The notes beneath the pieces were generated by a model. That model saw nothing but the letters and a program-made list of their open reading frames with translations. It searched no databases and was not told the DNA's origin. A stretch of DNA of 64,000 nt, taken from NCBI GenBank assembly GCA_002347855.1, contig DDYE01000017.1:271685-335684 (forward strand), read 5' to 3'. Below, one piece after another: positions 58,630-64,000 of this stretch (the stretch's first letter is position 1; each line of letters opens with the position of its first letter). A program made the position numbers and the translations under genes. The DNA is from Fidelibacterota bacterium UBA2242. GTDB lineage: Bacteria > Fidelibacterota > UBA2242.

Positions 58630-60444
58630 ATGAAAATCTTGAAAATGACAAAATATCCTGCCATCTTTTGTTGCCTGATAATGATTGCAAATTATTCCTA
58701 CAGCCAGGTAAAGCCTACCTTAGATCTATCACCTCGAACAGCGCTTGCTAATGACAACAAAGAAGAAAATGGTAATGGCAATCAAGATATTTTTGATTTA
58801 CTCATCAGTGAAGCCAAAACTTTTTACGTGGATGCACTAATTTCTGCCTATTTTAAAGATACTTCCGAAGCAAAGTATTGCTTCGATCGCGTTTTTGAAA
58901 TTATTGCCGAAATTAGTGATTTAGATACATTGACATTGTTACAGCAGGATGATTTTAATCGCTTTTACGAAAAAGTCTCCAGCGATTTTCAGCAAAATTA
59001 CGCTTATTTGAATAGCGATTCGGGCACCTACGGCGCGGAACTGCTGCGGGAAGAGATTTTCGAGACGGTAATTGATTCCGTGGAAATTGGTAATGATACT
59101 TTGATTGTCTTAGATGACCGACCAGGGCATATCCCCCTGGTGCGCTCCCGCAAAATCGACCGTATTACCGATTTCATCTGCGGACGCGAATCGTGGCGTT
59201 TTCAGCAATACTTAGATAATAGCGGTTATTATCGGGATCATATTATGCCGATATTGGCACAGTACGGTTTGCCGGAGGAATTGTTTTACCTGCCGCTTAT
59301 TGAGAGCGGCTTTAATCCTAATGCCTATTCTTACGCCCATGCCGCCGGAATGTGGCAATTTATTGCGGGCACTGGAGCGCGTTATGGGTTAAAGCGTAAC
59401 TGGTGGATTGATGAAAGACGTGATCCTATCAAATCTACCCATGCGGCTGCCAAATATTTGAAAAAATTATACGAAGAATTCAATGACTGGTTTTTAGCTC
59501 TGGCGGCTTACAATGCAGGCGAACTTAGAATCTGGCGAGCAATTAAGCGCGAAGGAACACGGGATTACTGGAAATTGAAATCCTTGCCGCAACAAACGCG
59601 TGATTATGTTCCGACTTTCATGGCGAGTATGCTGGTTGCCAAAAATCCAGAAAAATATGGTTTTACTAATTCACCCAAAGATAAATGGGAGTGGGACGAG
59701 GTACCGGTTAGCAGTTCTTATGAATTTGACGCTATTGCCCGTGCCTGTGGGGTCAGCGTCGAGGAAATCCGACGCCTCAATCCGGAGCTACGCCGCTGGG
59801 TCACACCTCCCAATGAACCAAACTATATTCTGCGCGTCCCGGTCGGTAAGGGCGATAGCCTGATCGCAAAATTAAAGCAGCTTCCGCCTGCCATTGCGGA
59901 AAAGAGAACGGAATGGCTGACCCATAAGGTAAAAAAAGGGCAAACCCTTCACAGTATCTCCAATAAATATGGGGTCACTATATCGGCAATTGTAGCTGCC
60001 AATCACATTAAACGTCCCAGTCAGTTGCGAGTTGGTCAGATGCTTGTTATCCCCACCGATCGCTATTATGCTGCTCCCCGTACGAGTAGCGAAGATGTCG
60101 TTTTTACTCATACTGTCCAAAAGGGAGAATCACTCAGCTTAATTGCCAAAAAATATAATACCAGTGTTACCAAGATTCGTTCTCTCAACAATTTACAAGA
60201 TGATATTATCCAACCAGGGACTATCTTAAAAGTCAGGGGGACGAAGGCAGCCATCGAAGCCACTGCCTCGACCTCAAACGAGACGAAAAAAATAATCCAC
60301 ATTGTAGCAAAGGGGGAGACGCTTGGGGAGATTGCTGCTAAATACAATGTCAGTGTTAGTAATATACGGGCCTGGAATAATTTAGAAGGGCATATTATCT
60401 ACCCGAAACAAAAAATTATCATCTATCGTCCTGAATCTAGCTAA
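58630..60444 (+). CDS. MltD-like lytic transglycosylase with three C-terminal LysM domains
   Basis: SLT core LPLIESGFNPNAYSYAHAAGMWQF and AYNAG. Three LysM repeats: HKVKKGQTLHSISNKYGV, HTVQKGESLSLIAKKYNT, HIVAKGETLGEIAAKYNV. Confidence 0.88.
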   Translation: MKILKMTKYPAIFCCLIMIANYSYSQVKPTLDLSPRTALANDNKEENGNGNQDIFDLLISEAKTFYVDALISAYFKDTSEAKYCFDRVFEIIAEISDLDTLTLLQQDDFNRFYEKVSSDFQQNYAYLNSDSGTYGAELLREEIFETVIDSVEIGNDTLIVLDDRPGHIPLVRSRKIDRITDFICGRESWRFQQYLDNSGYYRDHIMPILAQYGLPEELFYLPLIESGFNPNAYSYAHAAGMWQFIAGTGARYGLKRNWWIDERRDPIKSTHAAAKYLKKLYEEFNDWFLALAAYNAGELRIWRAIKREGTRDYWKLKSLPQQTRDYVPTFMASMLVAKNPEKYGFTNSPKDKWEWDEVPVSSSYEFDAIARACGVSVEEIRRLNPELRRWVTPPNEPNYILRVPVGKGDSLIAKLKQLPPAIAEKRTEWLTHKVKKGQTLHSISNKYGVTISAIVAANHIKRPSQLRVGQMLVIPTDRYYAAPRTSSEDVVFTHTVQKGESLSLIAKKYNTSVTKIRSLNNLQDDIIQPGTILKVRGTKAAIEATASTSNETKKIIHIVAKGETLGEIAAKYNVSVSNIRAWNNLEGHIIYPKQKIIIYRPESS

Positions 60445-60825
60445 TCGGCTGTTGTGAAAAATAAATCGCGGCAATATATGAATGACTAAGAATATCTACA
60501 GTTGGATTAATTCAGCAGATAACCGGCAATGAAGAAAATTGTTGGTGAAAGACGAATTAAAGTTTTGGATAAAAAATAGTTGTTAAAAATTACTAAAGGA
60601 TGTATTTTTAGTTAAGATAAGTTTTTCGATATCAGTTGAAAAAGATTTGCACGTGCTGGAAGGAGACCAGACGGAATAATTGAAGTAGAGATGGTTGATT
60701 GAAAAAGGATGCAGCGATCAATAACTATGATTCGGAGCACCTGCGTTGCTAATTGTGAAGAAGGTATTCATGATCCCAAGAGGATGTCTTCGACATAAAA
60801 TCTGCTTATTAAAAGGAGAAAAACT

Positions 60826-61125
60826 GTGACGAAAGCCGATATAGTCGATATTGTTTCGCGTGCTACAGGTTTGACTAAGGTTGATACAGAAGCGGCTCTG
60901 GAAGGATTCATTACGACGATTATCGAGGCATTACAGCGTGGTGAACGCGTTGATTTTCGAGGATTTGGTAGTTTTTATTTGAAAGTGCGTAAGCCTAAAA
61001 AAGCCCGTAATCTCGGAACCGGTGTGGAAATATGCTTACCAGAACGAACTGTGCCGGTTTTTAAACCTTCGAAACTCTTAAAAGCCAGTATTAATCAGGA
61101 AATTACTTATAGTCAGTCACTTTAA
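60826..61125 (+). CDS. HU/IHF-family DNA-binding protein
   Basis: GTG start after an AAAGGAG RBS. MTKADIVDIVS..., RGFGSFYLKVRKPKKARNLGTGVEICLPERTVPVFKPSK. Confidence 0.9.
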   Translation: MTKADIVDIVSRATGLTKVDTEAALEGFITTIIEALQRGERVDFRGFGSFYLKVRKPKKARNLGTGVEICLPERTVPVFKPSKLLKASINQEITYSQSL

Positions 61126-61152
61126 TATTTACCGAAGAAGGAGTATTAATTT

Positions 61153-61248
61153 ATGCCTTGTGGAAAGAAGCGTAAAAGAAGAAAGATTGCGACTCATAAA
61201 CGCAAAAAAAGGCTCAGGAGAGACCGTCATAAAAAGAAAATCAGATAG
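61153..61248 (+). CDS. 31-aa highly basic protein, bS22-like (AURKAIP1/COX24-type) small ribosomal protein
   Basis: It falls below the ORF-track size cut-off. An AAGGAG RBS lies 8 nt upstream. Translation: MPCGKKRKRRKIATHKRKKRLRRDRHKKKIR. A strong terminator follows. Confidence 0.7.
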   Translation: MPCGKKRKRRKIATHKRKKRLRRDRHKKKIR

Positions 61249-61264
61249 TTAAAACTTCCAGAGG

Positions 61265-61304
61265 GGGGTGGTGATGACAACCAGTCTTCACCACCTCTTT
61301 TTTT
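61265..61304 (+). terminator. Intrinsic terminator after the HU and mini-protein genes
   Basis: GGGGTGGTGA (61265-61274) pairs with TCACCACCTC (61288-61297) and is followed by T7 (61298-61304). Confidence 0.8.
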
Positions 61305-62540
61305 ATGGACGAGCATATATTTACAGTTTCTGAAATTGCCCAGGAAGTCAGGCGGGTCATTGAGCGATTCATTGCGCCGGTCTGGATAAAGGGTGAGGTG
61401 TCGAATTTTAGCGTCAGTCGGTCAGGGCATATCTATTTTTCCCTTAAGGACCAGCAAGCGCTAATCAATTGCGTCATCTGGCGCAATATCGCTTGTTCAA
61501 TTCCTTTCCAAATCAATAATGGCATGCAATTGTTGGTCTTCGGCGCTGTTACGACTTATGCCCCTCAATCACAGTATCAGGTTAATGTTCAGAAAGTGCG
61601 TCCGGCTGGTTTAGGTGACCTCCACTTGGCTTTTGAAGCGCTGAAGAAAAAATTAGCTGCAGAAGGACTTTTTGCCCAGGAACGAAAACGCCCTATCCCA
61701 GCTTTTCCTGAAAGAGTTGGCTTAATTACCAGTCCGAGTGGCGCGGCGGTCAATGATTTCTTAAAAATCAGCGAACGACGCAATCCTTCCATTGCGATTT
61801 ACATCTATCCGGCTCAGGTGCAGGGTGAGGGTGCCGCCGAGACAATTATCAAGGGAATTGAGTACTTTAATGCTAATAGGGCAGTGGATTTTATTGTACT
61901 GGCACGGGGCGGTGGTTCATTGGAAGATTTGTGGGCATTCAATGAAGAAAAATTAGTGCGGGCGATTGCCGCTTCTGCGCTTCCCGTAGTTAGTGCCGTA
62001 GGACACGAAGTTGATTTCAATTTATCCGATTTTGTAGCAGATTTACGGGCACCAACGCCCTCCGCAGCCGCGGAATTAGTCATTCCAGACCGGGTACAAA
62101 TTATTACCCGTATTGGATTGTTGAAGAACGCTTTTTGTAAAGTAGTTACGGAGCGATTGACAAACCAGCAGACTCTCCGCCTGCATTATTTAAAAAGATT
62201 GCAGCTTTACCGTCCTTTAAGTTTATTGCAACAGCGTCGTCAACGACTGGATGAATTGGAAATTCGCCTCCTGCAAGCAGTAAAGAATCTGCTTGCCAGT
62301 CGAGCAGCTCAATTGGAAGGGTTCATCCATACTTTTGCTGCTTTAGACCCACGAGCAATCCTGAAAAGGGGATACGCTATTGTCTATCATCTGCCCGAAG
62401 AAGAAATGATTAAGACTGTGCAGGCTGTAAAACCTCAAAGTTCAGTTGCGGTTGAGCTTTTTGATGGAAAGTTTTCCGCGCTGGTTGAAAAAATAATGCA
62501 AAAAAATCAAAAGAATAAAAGGAGTCCTCGCAATGGCTAA
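61305..62540 (+). CDS. xseA: Exodeoxyribonuclease VII large subunit
   Basis: FTVSEIAQEVRRVIE...VWIKGEVSNF...SGHIYFSLKD forms the OB fold. Also ITSPSGAAVNDF and RGGGSLEDLWAFN. Confidence 0.92.
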   Translation: MDEHIFTVSEIAQEVRRVIERFIAPVWIKGEVSNFSVSRSGHIYFSLKDQQALINCVIWRNIACSIPFQINNGMQLLVFGAVTTYAPQSQYQVNVQKVRPAGLGDLHLAFEALKKKLAAEGLFAQERKRPIPAFPERVGLITSPSGAAVNDFLKISERRNPSIAIYIYPAQVQGEGAAETIIKGIEYFNANRAVDFIVLARGGGSLEDLWAFNEEKLVRAIAASALPVVSAVGHEVDFNLSDFVADLRAPTPSAAAELVIPDRVQIITRIGLLKNAFCKVVTERLTNQQTLRLHYLKRLQLYRPLSLLQQRRQRLDELEIRLLQAVKNLLASRAAQLEGFIHTFAALDPRAILKRGYAIVYHLPEEEMIKTVQAVKPQSSVAVELFDGKFSALVEKIMQKNQKNKRSPRNG

Positions 62541-62760
62541 AAAAACCTTTGCTTTAGAAAAAGCCTTACAGCGGATGGAGGAAATCTTACGCGTTTTAGA
62601 GTCGGGCGAGAAGGATCTGGATGAGTCTATCCGTCTTTTTGAAGAAGGAATGCGGCTGGCAAATGAGTGTCAGGTTCATTTACAAGCCCTGGAGCAACGC
62701 GTAAAAATCATCAGCGAGCAAGAGAATAGTGCCTTTGCCACTGAAGTAGCCAAGGAGTAA
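62533..62760 (+). CDS. xseB: Exodeoxyribonuclease VII small subunit
   Basis: 75 aa. LEKALQRMEEILRVLESGEKDLDESIRLFEEGMRL. Overlaps the xseA end. Confidence 0.9.
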   Translation: MAKKTFALEKALQRMEEILRVLESGEKDLDESIRLFEEGMRLANECQVHLQALEQRVKIISEQENSAFATEVAKE

Positions 62761-62766
62761 AGCCAA

Positions 62767-63636
62767 ATGAGAATTGGTTTGTGGTTAACTCCGCGACATG
62801 ATGCACTTACTGAGATTTTGCCGGACATTATTCAATTTTTAGAGAAAAATCATCAGGAAATTATCCTGAACGATGTCACCTGGCGAAATGTCTTTTCGGG
62901 GGAATCAATCAAGTTTGTAACGACTGCCGATTTACCGCAGCAAATAGATGCGCTCTTTAGCATAGGTGGGGACGGTACTTTTTTAAGCGCATCGCGTCTA
63001 ATGGCGCGGAGCGGCAAGCCTGTTCTTGGCATTCACCTCGGTGGCTTAGGCTTTCTGGCTGATGTTTCCTTTGAAAATTACACCGAACGACTCGCAGCTT
63101 TTTTAAGAGGTGAATATTCGATCGAAGAGCGTAATGTTTTGGCAGTACGAACTATTTTCCCCGAAAAAGTGCTGGCGAATTTTGCCTTTAATGATATCGT
63201 GATAGATAGAGGACGGGTCTCGACGACGATAAAAATTCGTACTTTTGTCAACGGGGATTTTTTAAACACTTATCGAGCGGATGGAATCATCATCGCTTCT
63301 CCTACAGGATCTACGGCTTATTCTCTTTCTGCCGGCGGTCCGATTATCTCGCCTGAATTAAATGTTTTCGTCATCAGTCCGATTTGTCCCCATAGTCTTT
63401 CGGTTAGACCTGTAGTAATATCGGCTGATAGTGTCGTAAGTATCGATTGCAGTGAATTGGCGCCCGATGTTAGCCTGGTTATGGACGGACAGGAGCGTCA
63501 GGTTTTAGAAAGAGCAGAGCGGGTAGAAATTCAAAAAGCTGACTTTACCTTGCCGGTCGTGCGTTTTCCCGGCGACTCCTTTTTCCATACCTTACGCACC
63601 AAGTTGAATTGGGGCAGGGATATTCGTGGGAATTGA
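62767..63636 (+). CDS. nadK: NAD kinase
   Basis: FSIGGDGTFL, NDIVI, ADGIIIASPTGSTAYSLSAGGPI. Confidence 0.93.
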   Translation: MRIGLWLTPRHDALTEILPDIIQFLEKNHQEIILNDVTWRNVFSGESIKFVTTADLPQQIDALFSIGGDGTFLSASRLMARSGKPVLGIHLGGLGFLADVSFENYTERLAAFLRGEYSIEERNVLAVRTIFPEKVLANFAFNDIVIDRGRVSTTIKIRTFVNGDFLNTYRADGIIIASPTGSTAYSLSAGGPIISPELNVFVISPICPHSLSVRPVVISADSVVSIDCSELAPDVSLVMDGQERQVLERAERVEIQKADFTLPVVRFPGDSFFHTLRTKLNWGRDIRGN

Positions 63637-63675
63637 ATTGCAACGCGTCATTAAATCTAAACAATTGAGGAAAGC

Positions 63676-64000
63676 ATGGAAACCAATAATCAAACTGAAG
63701 GAATTTACCCAAAAAATATCGCCCTGGTAGCTCATGATAATAAAAAGGATGACCTTTTAGAGTGGGTTAAATTCAATGTTGGGACTCTGAAAAAACATCA
63801 CCTGATTGCGACGGGCACTACCGGTCGTCTTCTCGAAAAAACTTTGCAGTTGAAAATTCAAAAGCTGCAAAGTGGTCCGCTGGGGGGTGATTTGCAATTA
63901 GGAGCATATATTGCCCAACAAAAGATTGATTTGCTGATTTTTTTCTGGGATCCTCTGGAAGCTCAACCTCATGACCCCGATATCAAAGCCCTGCTCAGAA
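63676..64000 (+). CDS. mgsA: Methylglyoxal synthase, N-terminal part (3' end outside window)
   Basis: [42 protein letters not shown]. The ORF runs off the window end. Confidence 0.85.
   Translation, partial: METNNQTEGIYPKNIALVAHDNKKDDLLEWVKFNVGTLKKHHLIATGTTGRLLEKTLQLKIQKLQSGPLGGDLQLGAYIAQQKIDLLIFFWDPLEAQPHDPDIKALLR

Overview
Chromosomal window from an AT-biased bacterium. Its housekeeping genes suggest the FCB superphylum (Bacteroidota/Ignavibacteriota-like): a short Bacteroidetes-type primary sigma factor, a TonB receptor with a CarboxypepD_reg-like N-terminus, and a bS22-like mini ribosomal protein. About 60 genes are present. All but two are on the + strand, and many have overlapping stop/start codons. 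Order along the window: ftsX 3' end; 537 bp of non-coding DNA; an internally deleted IS481-like element bounded by perfect 16-bp inverted repeats and abutting ffh; ffh-rpsP-KH-rimM-trmD-rplS; TauE (-); groES-groEL; primary sigma; M23 peptidase; miaB-lapA-lapB-SPOR; tRNA-Sec; a TPP riboswitch driving a TonB-dependent receptor; polA; an ABC-2 exporter plus a deoxyribosyltransferase-fold gene; alr; HAD (-); cmk; rpsA; ybbR; tsaD; a vWA membrane protein. A roughly 22-kb Wzx/Wzy-type polysaccharide locus follows (31.6-54.0 kb). The window ends with serS, aldolase, plsC, DUF2851, a heptose-type adenylyltransferase, mltD-like, HU, an untracked bS22-like sORF, xseAB, nadK and the mgsA 5' end. No CRISPR array, integrase, toxin-antitoxin pair or recognisable defence island was seen. 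The best candidate for something undescribed is an 861-codon ORF that fuses a complete WecA/MraY-type and a complete WbaP-type polyprenyl-phosphate phosphoglycosyl transferase. It sits in a locus that also has a third, stand-alone PglC-like initiating transferase and a module of bi-domain oxidoreductase, cytoplasmic heparinase II/III-like protein and WbuB-like GT. All functional calls rest on motifs read by eye from the translations; no database search was run.
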